This document shows, piece by piece, positions 1-9,936 of a DNA stretch of 16,557 bases (the stretch's first letter is position 1; each line of letters starts with the position of its first letter). Both the position numbers and the translations under genes were made by a program. Source of the DNA: Ginkgo biloba (taxonomy: Eukaryota > Plantae > Ginkgophyta); the NCBI GenBank assembly GCA_024626585.2, contig JANKJI020000004.1:149081674-149098230 (forward strand). Reading direction: 5' to 3'. Under the pieces are notes generated by a model. The model was not told the DNA's origin and did not search any database. It saw nothing but the letters and a program-made list of their open reading frames with translations.

Positions 1-299
1 CCTATCAAGGACTTGATCAACAAAAGGAAAAGGAAAATGATCCTTTTTTATGTCTTTATTCATCATACGATAATCAACACAATTACACCATTTTCCTCCT
101 TTCTTTAGAACAACCACTAAAAAAGATACCAGTTGACAGTAAAAAATCAAATAGATCATTCCTGCTAATAGCAACTTTTCCAATTCAACTTTAACAACTT
201 GCATCATTATGGGGTTGAGATGATGCTGAGGTTGGTGAACTAGTTTGGCATCATCCTTAATAAATATATAATGTTAAAAAATAGAAGGATAAATTGATT

Positions 300-1870
300 T
301 TAAATATATGTGGCTCTAGGTGAATACTCCTTAATACACTTTTAACATTTGGAATATCGGATTCTTCTAGTCAAATACATGTCATATTCTCCCTAATGAA
401 AAGGATTTTTTTCTCACCCAAGTCCATAACTTTAATATCCAATCAGGTCCACCAAATAACAACTTATCTAATTTGACCTTGAAAACTTGCATCATCAATG
501 TTTAATTGGGTTTGCAGAATGAAAATTTGGCAGATTTGCTAGAAAGATTGAAGAAGATCCTCGAAGAGATCCAATTGTTCATCCTATAGTATCTGAGACA
601 GAACTATGTCTTCATCCCTTAATTTGAGGGATTTGATAACCGATATCCCCATAAGCTAATAAATATGTTCTTCATGTCAAAAATGGATATCCCTCACTAT
701 ACTTATCTAATTCATTATCAAACTCGGCCTACTCAATTTGGAAGTCAAGCGACGTGTCTATCGTTAAATATTTCTATTTTGTGCAATTGGTAATTATTAT
801 TTTACTAGTATGACATTTAATCACTACATTTAATGTAGCCAGCCATGGTATACCCAAAGTGATAAGATATCCCTCTAAGTCCTTTTTGGGTTGAATTACA
901 ATAAAATCTGTTGGATAATCCCAATTTGCAATAGAAATGAAGGCATCATCCAATATCCCTTCTAGCTAAACTGTGGATCTATTAGCCATCTGTAAAATAG
1001 TATGAATTTTTTGAAGCCCTTTTATTCCCAAAGTGTTCATTGTTTTCATTGTCATCATATTAATTGTTGCTCCTGGATCCACGAGGACCATAGGGATCAA
1101 GGTAGTACCAATGGAGACATCAACTAGAGGTGTACCTAGATCACCATACTTACGAATAGGTTCTCTACCAAGGAATACATCTGAGGTTGCTTCTTCCACC
1201 TTTATTCTAGATGGATCCTTTTGTTTTCTTCTTGCTTGGGCACAGATATCTTGTAGTTGTTGGTCATAGATGGGACTATCCTTCACTGCCCGAGCCAACG
1301 GAATGTGTACAAAAATGTTCTATAGTTCATCAACAAAGTTTAAATGGTGTTCCTCCTTGAACTCCTATGAATTTTTTAATCTCTGGAGAAAAGGATAAGT
1401 TACTTCTTGCACCTTTAGAGAATTGGGTTGATTTCCTTCGCCCTTAGAGTCTTCATTATCATTATGTTCCTCAATGTGTAGACCACTCTTCTTGTGAGGA
1501 GGGGGATTAGTCAATAACTTTTCGGACCTAAGGGTCACGCCATTGTAGTTATAAGGTGACAATTTAGCAGATGAGACATTAGGTTTGGCCATTCAACTGC
1601 TTGATTGGTATCTATTGCATATGTTGTGAATTATTCGTAGGATTTCTTGCTAGGTTGTGTACCACTTGAGTAGGGAGCATTAATGAAGTTGGCTTATTAC
1701 TTGTTTGAACATTATCCAATGGAGGGGGTATAATATTTTTTCCTCACATGGGAGCCATATATTATGGTTAGGGAGTAGAAGGTAGTACCTATTGGGGCTC
1801 CATATATGTGCATAGGCTTGGGAAGGAGGTGTTGGATTCTCCAGTTTTGATACCTGCAAGACAACCATTA
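300..1870 (-). mobile_element. Degenerate Ty3/Gypsy (Athila-like, non-chromovirus) gag C-terminus, aspartic protease and pre-RT linker
   Basis: Minus-strand translations give GVTLRSEK (cf. ITLRSGK), YPFLQRL (cf. PPFPERL) and FVDEL*NIFVHIPLARAVKDSPIY (cf. ELKNLxVxIPLLQAIKDVPIY), followed by the protease. A weak RSIHLEPHIF (cf. KGIHP..HHIY, pre-RT) lies near 305-335. Multiple stops and frameshifts; the left boundary is approximate. Confidence 0.85.
790..1153 (-). pseudogene. Retropepsin-type aspartic protease of the Gypsy relic
   Basis: KYGDLGTPLVDVSIG...VLVDPGATINMM...LQMANRSTV*LEGILDDAFISIANWDYPTDFIVIQPKKDLEGYLITLGIPWLAT reads in frame through the TAG at 966-968. It has a catalytic D-x-G-A motif and the C-terminal LG(R/I)PWLAT motif typical of Athila/Tat proteases. 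Confidence 0.9.
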
Positions 1871-1884
1871 TAACTCTGTTATCA

Positions 1885-2215
1885 TGTGGAAATTACCTCA
1901 TGTAAACTCACACACCCAAAATGCACAACAAAAAATAAACAAACACACAATGGAATACACAAGAGACTTGCTGAAATAAATTCCCATTCTTCTTCTCATT
2001 TACAAAGCCCATAGTACATATTAATACATCAAGTTTCATCCCTTGGACTTACCGACTCTTGGGCTTCCCAACTATTCGTCTTTCTAAAACACACATGTCA
2101 TTTTAATGACATTACATTTATTAAATAAACCTAAGTCTAATGTTCCCAACATTAAACCTAATCTAACCTAAATCTATTTTTATCTAAGCATAAATTAAAC
2201 ATTACATATCTAACA
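1885..2215 (-). repeat. 3' LTR (331 bp) of the Copia element
   Basis: Termini TGT (1885) ... ACA (2215). On the minus strand it starts TGTTAG immediately after the polypurine tract and the end of the Copia RNase H. The sequence is non-coding with A/C-rich LTR-like composition. The partner LTR and TSD cannot be checked because they lie beyond the gap. Confidence 0.7.
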
Positions 2216-2225
2216 CCCCCTGTAA
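2216..2225 (-). promoter_or_regulatory. Polypurine tract (PPT) of the Copia element
   Basis: Minus strand reads TTACAGGGGG directly abutting TGTTAG (LTR start), about 10 nt after the pol stop. This is the canonical Copia arrangement. Confidence 0.7.
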
Positions 2226-2228
2226 TGT

Positions 2229-3164
2229 TTAATTTATATTTTTTATTCTTTCGAAGAAGTTCCTGAACTTCTTCCTATTCAATGCCTTCTTCCGTATATC
2301 TTCCCATTGATCTTTCGTCAATCCAATTGCTTGGTCCTGCACCTGTTCCTAATGAATCTTTGGGTCATGATCTTGCTTGTTCAATTTCGCACATGCCTTG
2401 GGTTCATCTACAACCATGAGGGTATACTTTATCTCAAGTTTTTGACTCCTTATCCTTACTCCACTGTTCATATTCTGACATGTAGTAGAAAATATAGAGT
2501 TACTCATAGTTTATAGATACCACTTTGAAAGTTTCTTTGATGATGCTACACCTACACTACCTTTATTTTTTCTTCTTGGTCCCTTAAAAGAATTCAAATC
2601 TCCTCACTCACTGTTATTTTTTACAACCACCTTTCCTTTATCACTAATACATACTATAGGTATTATACATTCTTCATCTATAGGTTCTTCCATGTCATCA
2701 ACTTCACTAAATAAATATATCTACTAACTATAATTTCTCTCTTGGAAGGATAAAATAATTTATATACTTTTGAAGTTTTTGAGTACCCAATAAATATATA
2801 CTTCCTTCTTTTTGTATCAAATTTTGATCTTTCATCCACTAGTATGTGCATATATGATGTACAACCAAAAGAACATAGGTGATCCACACACTACTTTCTA
2901 TTAGTATAAGCCTCCTCAGGTATCACATTTTGAATTTTTTTTTTTTCAGAATCCTGTTCAACAGATATACTCTAGTATTCATTACCTTTGCCCATAATTC
3001 ATTAGAAAAATATTTATCTTTCAACATACATTGATCCATTTCAACAATGGTTTGATTCTTCCTCTTAGCTAATCCATTCTACTAAGGTGTATATGTAGTA
3101 GTAAACTGTCTCTTATTTCCATTCAACTTGAAAAAAAAATATAAACTCCCCTGAATTATATTCT
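2229..3164 (-). mobile_element. Degenerate, internally deleted Ty1/Copia pol: integrase core C-half, SH3-like region and RNase H C-terminus
   Basis: GNKRQFTTTYTP**NGLAKRKNQTIVEMDQCMLKDKYFSNELWAKVMNTRVYLLNR (cf. TPQQNGVAERKNRTIVEMARSML...FWAEAV.TAVYLLNR). HLCSFGCTSYMHI...KYIFIGYSKTSKVYKLF...IIVSRYI (Copia SH3-like). DQWEDIRKKALNRKKF (cf. DQxADIFTKAL). Confidence 0.92.
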
Positions 3165-3336
3165 NNNNNNNNNNNNNNNNNNNNNNNNNNNNNNNNNNNN
3201 NNNNNNNNNNNNNNNNNNNNNNNNNNNNNNNNNNNNNNNNNNNNNNNNNNNNNNNNNNNNNNNNGCATTGGCTGGGATAGCACAAATTTTTCAGAAAAGA
3301 TGCAACATGAAACTCTCCCCTTGTCTGAGCGCATAG

Positions 3337-3648
3337 ACCTCTAGCTCTTCTGCAGAATGGAAGAGTAAACTTGAGGCAACTGGTGGAAGACTCCTCAGCA
3401 AAATAACACGAGATATTGATTGTGTGGTTACAAATGAAAGTGAGATCGAGAAGCATAAGTCAGAAATTGAAAAAGCAGTTAGCATGAAGGTACCCGTCTT
3501 GAGAGAATCTTTTCTAGTTGATTGTTTGGAAAAGCGAAGAAGGCTTCCAATGGGACAGTATAAAATTGAAGAGGCCTCTAGAGCAGATGTAATTAAAGTC
3601 AAAGTCAAGGGCAGAAGTTCTGTGCATGAGGAATCGGGTTTACAAGAG
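3337..3648 (+). pseudogene. PARP1: PARP1 (poly(ADP-ribose) polymerase 1) gene fragment: BRCT domain and start of WGR region, truncated at both ends
   Basis: Open frame: TSSSAEWKSKLEATGGRLLSKITRDIDCVVTNESEIEKHKSEIEKAVSMKVPVLRESFLVDCLEKRRRLPMGQYKIEEASRADVIKVKVKGRSSVHEESGLQE. This matches plant PARP1 as I recall it (WKxKIEEAG...MKxxIVREDYLVDCFKKQRKLPFDKYKIE...VTVKVKGRSAVHEASGLQ). There is an in-frame TAG upstream at 3334-3336. The expected continuation (HILEDG.SIYNTTL.MSDL) is absent, and the frame runs on in unrelated sequence to TAA at 3745-3747. Confidence 0.88.
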
Positions 3649-3816
3649 GCTATGCATGAGGAGATAGATACTCGAAATAGAAAAGGGTTGAAGATGCATT
3701 TACTGAAACAGAGTATAATAGGTGTGATCCTAAAGGGATGTCATTAATGCTGCATGGAGAACAGACTTACGAGGAGTGTGACATAAGTGTCTAAATATGG
3801 GAGGCGTTATCAACAT

Positions 3817-4620
3817 TGTTGATAACCATGAATACAGGCTAGATAAACTAACCCTATATTCCAGGAAGGATATGGGTGATACTATTGCAAAATCCAACCA
3901 CTTCGAATATTTTTAGAGAAACAGTTACCTAGATCAAAGGAAAATAACGGTGAAATCTATAAAGGAGTGGAGAGCAGAGTAATACAGGGGGGGGACGAGT
4001 TTTGCAGGAAAGGACTCACAGGATTCATCACTTCTCCATTCAACCTGTTTTCTTCAAATATGGTGAATATTTTCTTATGTTCCAAACTGATTTCTTCAAT
4101 TATTAAAGTCTGTTGGTAAGACTTATTTATGCTCAGATATTGAAAAGAAATTCTGAGACTTGATCTCACTTCTTGAACTGAGAATTTGGTATGAATTTGA
4201 ATCCATTGTATTCAGTTTATGATGTTTAGTATTTGTCTACTTCCCTGTGTTCAAATTCTTTAATTCTTGAGAGTATAAAATGAATTCTTAAACCTGCTAA
4301 TATAGTACTGGTATTTATTATTGTTAAAACTACTGGATTCATTTCCAATGCCTAGTACGTTTCATTCCTGAAGATTGCCTCGTTTCTTACTGCTTGTCAA
4401 CCTTAGAAATATATCAACCAGTACCTGTAACTCTCGTTTTTTTTTAATTTCTTATTTTATTTCAATCAACTCTTTTTCTTTTCTAAAGTATCTCCAAGGT
4501 TGAGGGCTACCCCCTCTGGCTACTTAGATTTTTCAGAACTAGTCTAAAGCGGGGAGGTTTCAAACCTCCAGTGGATGCCTTGGCACAGTTCCCTGGTCAA
4601 GAACATCTCGAGGAGCAACA
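3817..4620 (+). repeat. Probable LTR (TGTTG...CAACA, 804 bp); left boundary uncertain
   Basis: Ends GAGCAACA at 4620, exactly where the adjacent gag similarity breaks. A complementary TGTTG start lies at 3817. TATAAA at 3958-3963 is followed by a purine/G-run and then a long T-rich non-coding tract. The flanks AACAT and TATCC do not form a TSD. An alternative start is TGTGAC at 3777, after GAGGAG. Confidence 0.45.
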
Positions 4621-5124
4621 TATCCAAGACCTTGGGGTTGATTGACCCATCAAACTATGGAATGGAAATTTTGGTGTCTAATTTCAGTGTTGGTTAAGGT
4701 AGAGGAACTACGTGTGGAATGTTAACACCTGGTGGATTACTTGGTTGTTGGAGTTGAGTGATGAAGTTGGCCATGTCTAATCGTCTCTGAGCTATTGCAT
4801 CTATTGTTGTTGGAAGGCTTGTTGGGACTGTTGAGTCTGCCTGACCATATCATTGACTAAGGCCATCATGTCTAAGGTGGATCAACGTTGATTTCAGATT
4901 GTTTCTACAATGGATTCGCACTCTTCGACAACAATCATGCGTTGCTCTTGGAGCTCCTGAGCCAATAAGGAGAGGGCGTCTAAGGTGGAAGGCTCTGTGG
5001 CACAGGAAGGAGTCTTCTTTGAAGACTGCTCAGAGTGTGTTGCCTTTGCCTTTGGCATGATGACTGAACTAGGTGTATGGTAGGGGTTTTGCACAAAAGC
5101 TTCCTAGGTGGCTAGACTGGTCAT
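4621..5124 (-). mobile_element. Degenerate Ty3/Gypsy gag N-terminal part, truncated by the LTR-like insertion; 5125-6177 is probably its 5' leader
   Basis: ATG at 5124, a Q/E-rich helical stretch (ORF 4894..5094 and beyond), then PTLKLDTKISIP*FDGSINPKVLD (cf. KxDIPxFDGxxxxExLDxW at the start of the Gypsy gag capsid region). Similarity stops at 4621. Confidence 0.6.
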
Positions 5125-5245
5125 AAGAGTTGTAGTTTTGTCAGTTCCCTGGGTTTGGCTGATCTCGTGGCAAGCGGTTGGAGATTGAAACCAGAGAAGA
5201 GCAATAGAACACTCGCCAAGGTGAATCATCTTTGGAAGCTCAGAC

Positions 5246-5287
5246 ACTGACAAAGAATAGAGTTCTACTGACAAAGAATAGAGTTCT
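5246..5287. repeat. Perfect 21-bp tandem duplication
   Basis: ACTGACAAAGAATAGAGTTCT at 5246-5266 and 5267-5287. Confidence 0.95.
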
Positions 5288-6285
5288 CGGGTAATGCGAA
5301 TACTCGCTTCGGGTGAAAAACTGACAAATTTTGAATAATGTGAGGTATGAAAAATTTGATCAATTCCTCCAAAAGGAAGCAGGTACTAAAAATAAAAAAA
5401 AATAGTCTCAGTTGTGGTTTTCCTTTTGCGGTTCTTAATGACAATGCAGAAAATGCAAAATAAATAGAGAAATGCAAAAAATAATAAATGAAATCCACAA
5501 GAACTTACATAATGAGAGGTTAGGTGCTGAAGCCACTGAAATATGGAGCTGACAAGCATGAAAAATGCAAAAAATGGAGCTCGGAGGTGCGAGAAAAGTC
5601 TGTTTAGGTGAAAAAATAAAGTCAAATTAAAAAAAAAAATGACTAGTGAAAAAGGTCTCCAAATTAAAATTAGAATATTTAAGTTTAAATTTGGAGAAGG
5701 TAGACTTTGAATAATTTTTTGATTTCTTTTTAAAAATTGCTCGATAGTGGTGATTTTTAATTTTTTTCTGATCGTAGTTGTTGAGTTTGTTGGATTCATG
5801 GTGTGCAGGGTGTCACTGGTAAATCTAGGTTGTGTGGTGTGGAAATGTGGAGTGGCTCCTAGGCGACTATGTTTCACTATGAGCCGCAGGACGTGGTGCT
5901 ATGAGGAGCCACGAGGCATGCAGCGATTGTGGGCCTAGAGGAGAAGCTGCAGTGTGTTTGCAGGTGCAAGGACGTGGTGTGCAGGGTTAGGGAGATGCAA
6001 GGACGTTGTCTGTTGTGTGAAGGGGCCGTGAGCTACAAAGTCACCCACCACTAGTACTGTGTTGTGAGTAACCTACTAGGAACCGCCGAGCAAAACCGTT
6101 GAGCAGGGACGAAATCTATGAGCAGGGAGTCGCAACACAAAACTATGATAGGATACATTCAAAGGATCACAACATTCNNNNNNNNNNNNNNNNNNNNNNN
6201 NNNNNNNNNNNNNNNNNNNNNNNNNNNNNNNNNNNNNNNNNNNNNNNNNNNNNNNNNNNNNNNNNNNNNNNNNNNNNCCGTTTCT

Positions 6286-6343
6286 CTGCTGCTTTCACCG
6301 CTGATCTTCCTGCTGCTTTCACTGCTGATCTTCCTGCTGCTTT
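6286..6343. repeat. 24-bp minisatellite, about 2.4 copies, adjacent to a gap
   Basis: CTGCTGCTTTCAC(C/T)GCTGATCTTC at 6286-6309 and 6310-6333, plus a partial copy CTGCTGCTTT. Confidence 0.9.
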
Positions 6344-6499
6344 GCCACTGTTTTGTTGCTATTTTAATGCTGTTTTACTGCAGTTTTAATGCTTATTTTT
6401 GGTGTCCAATTCTACCTGTCAATAGGGGGTTTATACCTTGCACTAATTATTTTCATCTACCTGCAATTGCTCGTTAAATGGACTTCTCTTTAAGCAGAG

Positions 6500-7205
6500 A
6501 GGCATCATGTGTAATGGTACATCAAGGGAGCTTGTCAAATATAAATTAATGTTCAAGATAATTGGAATGTCACCAGAGATGTGCACTCTTGGGATGGCTT
6601 GATAGATATACATTTGTAGAAGATCCCTCAAGGCCGAAGGGAAATAAGCGCATTCCAATCTTATGTGAGACAACAAAGTTGAATAAGGTAAAGACCACAA
6701 AGCTGAATATGGAAAAGGAAACTTCTTCCTCCAGGTGCATGGGAAACATCCTATGTATAACTTTCTACAATGTCTTTGGCTACAATAAATATGCCTCCAA
6801 TGTGTCATGAAGTTAGGGCATAACAATTTTGTAGTGAGGAAGAAAACAATATTGTTAGTACATCGCTCTTTGTCATATCTGCACATGCAACTAGACAAAC
6901 TGCAAACCCCTACTTTTACAGTCCACTGAAGGAAGAGTGGGACCCAGGCACATTGAATGAGATTCCGATTAAGGCATGTGACCTAGACAAAAAGTTGTAC
7001 GCTGCCACCATAACCAATAAGTAACCCCACCACCAAATGGCGGATGCTGTTGGAAGGTGGGAGACCATAGTCAGGGTGACATTCTGTTGATGAGATCCAC
7101 TAACTCAATTGAAGTAAGGTAGCCATAAGCTGCAGGTTTCCCTTGTAACTTCAAAGATTCACTTTGGAGCATGGTTCTTGCTTCTTAATGGTAGTATTGT
7201 TGTCA
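6500..7205 (+). mobile_element. Possible very degenerate Gypsy gag end, zinc knuckle and protease
   Basis: Collinear weak motifs in mixed frames: CNGTSRELVKYKLMFK (gag end), ITFYNVFGYNKYASNV (eroded CCHC knuckle), acidic SEEENN, GTLNEIPIKACDLD..AAT (protease N-lobe) and FGAWFLLLNGSI (cf. LGxxWL). Catalytic and zinc-binding residues are not conserved. Confidence 0.3.
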
Positions 7206-9575
7206 TAGTCCTTTATATCCTAGATGCTTTGGAATCACATAATGTTTCATAAGACAACTAGTTTGTTTCTCTACCAAATTGCCAAAAACACCATCTCCCT
7301 CACTTGGCAATAAGTTTCAGGAGTACTGGAAGTGTGGTCAACATTTCTGCCATTGACTGGAAATGTTTTCACCTTGAGGCGTTTATACCTTTTCAGAGGG
7401 TCTTTGTGTCACGGATATTCCCAGAAATTGTTTTTATTTTTTCTCCTGGTTTTTCTTTTGCTGTAGAAACCCTATTTTCATGTGAAGTAACTTATTTTTT
7501 TACCTTGGAAACCTATTTGTATTTCCAAATTATGACGGTAACCGGTAAGTATGCAGATGGATGTACCCTCCCAAACAAATACTCTAATTTTCACATTTTC
7601 CTTTCACCTATTTCCACACTTCCTTCTCCCCCTGCCTCTCATCTCATTCAACTATGGCTTTTAGGGTACTTACAACACCCACCAGTTCAGATAAATTTAT
7701 TCCCTATTGTTTCTGTGATTTAAAATTTGATTTATCAATGTTTCAACATTGGCTTTGTGCATTTTGCTTGATTGTTGTTGTAATGTGTCAAGACACGCTG
7801 ATTCTCTGGTCTTCTGAGGATATCTTAATGCTATTGCTCTTATAATCGAGTTATTTCTTCCAAGTTCTGGCCTATGCATGCTATAGACTAGATTAACATT
7901 ATATCCCCTTCCAAGCAATGGTATGCTAATAGTGATCTAAAGCTATAAAAGATATGTTATGATCTTTGNNNNNNNNNNNNNNNNNNNNNNNNNNNNNNNN
8001 NNNNNNNNNNNNNNNNNNNNNNNNNNNNNNNNNNNNNNNNNNNNNNNNNNNNNNNNNNNNNNNNNNNNNNNNNNNNNNNNNNNNNNNNNNNNNNNNNNNN
8101 NNNNNNNNNNNNNNNNNNNNNNNNNNNNNNNNNNNNNNNNNNNNNNNNNNNNNNNNNNNNNNNNNNNNNNNNNNNNNNNNNNNNNNNNNNNNNNNNNNNN
8201 NNNNNNNNNNNNNNNNNNNNNNNNNNNNNNNNNNNNNNNNNNNNNNNNNNNNNNNNNNNNNNNNNNNNNNNNNNNNNNNNNNNNNNNNNNNNNNNNNNNN
8301 NNNNNNNNNNNNNNNNNNNNNNNNNNNNNNTACTCTACTGTTTTCTGATCACTGTATTGTGCAAGCTGTTGGCCGCATTAATCTATGTTAGAAAATAACT
8401 TGACAATGTTTGTGCAAGAGCCCCTCTGTAGTTTTAATGTGGCTTTGTTCATCCACAAGTTTTAAATGTGGAATTCAGATTGCTGTTTTTATCATTTAAT
8501 CAAATCCAAAGAGGGAAGAAAGGTGCACTAGGAAAAAGAACTCCCAATTTTGCACATGACTTGTTTGTCTAATATTGTTTTGAAAACTGGCTGCACGCTT
8601 GAATTGATAAAGCAGGCCTATAAAAGGATTTCAGAAGCTTGTTACCTTGAGGGTTACACTAGTCTTGCAAATGCATAGCTAACATTATCATACCTAATAT
8701 ATTCCAAATATAGTTCAGAAAATACATATGCATCAATTTTATTGTATCAGTTGTATGATTGCAAACTTGTATATTTTGTGCTGTTGGACATGTCATTGTC
8801 ATCCCCCACCCATGTCAAGATCAGAATAAAGAGAAGTCCATACTGAATGTTTTAGGCTAGGATACGGTCTCATTCATGGCCAATAGGAGGCTAAGGAATG
8901 TCTGTGAAGGTCAGACTGGAAAGAAGAGAAAACAACTCAAAGCAGTGTCACAATGGGGCCAACATGTGGTTCACATAGGAAGTCAAAACCGAGTAGAGGT
9001 CGGATCAGATCCCAAAGTGGGGTAGGAAACTTACAAGGGCATTTATTGCCTATAAAAAGGCCCTCAACTGCCATCTCATGCGCAAGGAATTTGGCCATAT
9101 GTGGTAGCACTGCCTCATCTGATGAATTAACAATATGCCTGTACAACCAAGGACTTGGCTGTTGTGGGGAAATATACAGCCACAGAATTAATCAACACAT
9201 ATTCTCATAATCATCGAGTCTCATCCCACAGGAAGTTTTTGCACAGTAGATTCACTCCGTGGAGTCTTCTATCTATGACACTTAATGTTAAGCTGCTGTC
9301 CACTGCCTTACCCTTACATGATCACAATAGAATAACATATCTACTCAAATAATAGAAAGTAATAACATGTTTTCACGTTTATGCATGTCCTCCCAAACAT
9401 CAAACATGAATCCCAATTATCAAACACTTAACCAACAATCATGTGCAGTATCATGGTGCTATCAACAAGGATGCTCACAATCAATATTCATGCATAATCT
9501 CCTTCCTACAGAAATTCAATAACCCATCTATGCATGCCAGATGCCATAAATCCACAGTGCATAAATAGGTTACTA

Positions 9576-9936
9576 CAAACTCTGGGCACAGACCCCAAGG
9601 TTCCTTCTTCCAGTATCATCATTCATTTATCAGGCATGCAAACATACATCAGAATGCAATGATATCTTGTAATGAATTCAACATCCTTCCATTCATAATG
9701 GCAATGTCTAAAGACCCCATGTAATAGTACCAAACTCTGGGATTATCCTTTTAAGACAGACAAACCCAGACAACACTATATTTCCTTTAGGAATGCTAAT
9801 ACAAGTGTTATATATAGCTTATACAAATCTGGACAGCCTGATAACATTCAACATTATGTCTAATGACCCCATGCGATATTATCAAATTCTGGGATTATCT
9901 TTGAAGCTGGGATTATCCTTTTAAGACAATGACAAA
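9576..9936. repeat. Degenerate direct repeats with a ~152-155-bp period
   Basis: CAAA(C/T)TCTGGG at 9576, 9731 and 9883. A longer shared block, ATGTCTAA(A/T)GACCCCATG...CTGGGATTATCCTTTTAAGACA...GACAAA, occurs at 9704-9764 and 9856-9936. Confidence 0.75.

Noticed and set aside
3291-3608. 105-aa minus-strand ORF
   Set aside because: It is the antisense shadow of the PARP1 fragment.
3649-3672. AMHEEID as the Copia pre-RT motif (AMxEExxSL)
   Set aside because: It is not followed by NxTWxLV or any RT motif, and is better explained by the local 10-bp repeat.
5265-5938. Hydrophobic F/L/I-rich ORFs (5386..5877, 5265..5498, 5747..5938) as membrane or env-like proteins
   Set aside because: They arise from A/T homopolymer-rich leader sequence, have non-ATG or arbitrary starts, and show no recognisable motif.
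6040-6177. Possible PBS and 5' LTR end for the minus-strand gag at 4621-5124
   Set aside because: The position is plausible, but there is no convincing tRNA-complementary PBS and the sequence is cut by the gap.
7304-7723. 139-aa ORF
   Set aside because: TTG start, T-rich compositional bias and no domain similarity that I can recognise.
7959-8391. ORFs spanning N-runs (also 3082-3456, 3113-3334, 6099-6477, 9860-10141, 11457-11723, 12793-13014)
   Set aside because: Their length comes from translated Ns, so they are not evidence of coding.
8937-9352. Short overlapping ORFs with a faint resemblance (AKFLAHE) to a LINE RNase H tail
   Set aside because: A single weak motif with no collinear support.
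9576-9936. CRISPR-like reading of spaced direct repeats (also 11949-12080)
   Set aside because: The repeats are degenerate, spacing and length do not fit, there are no cas genes, and the context is eukaryotic retroelement DNA.
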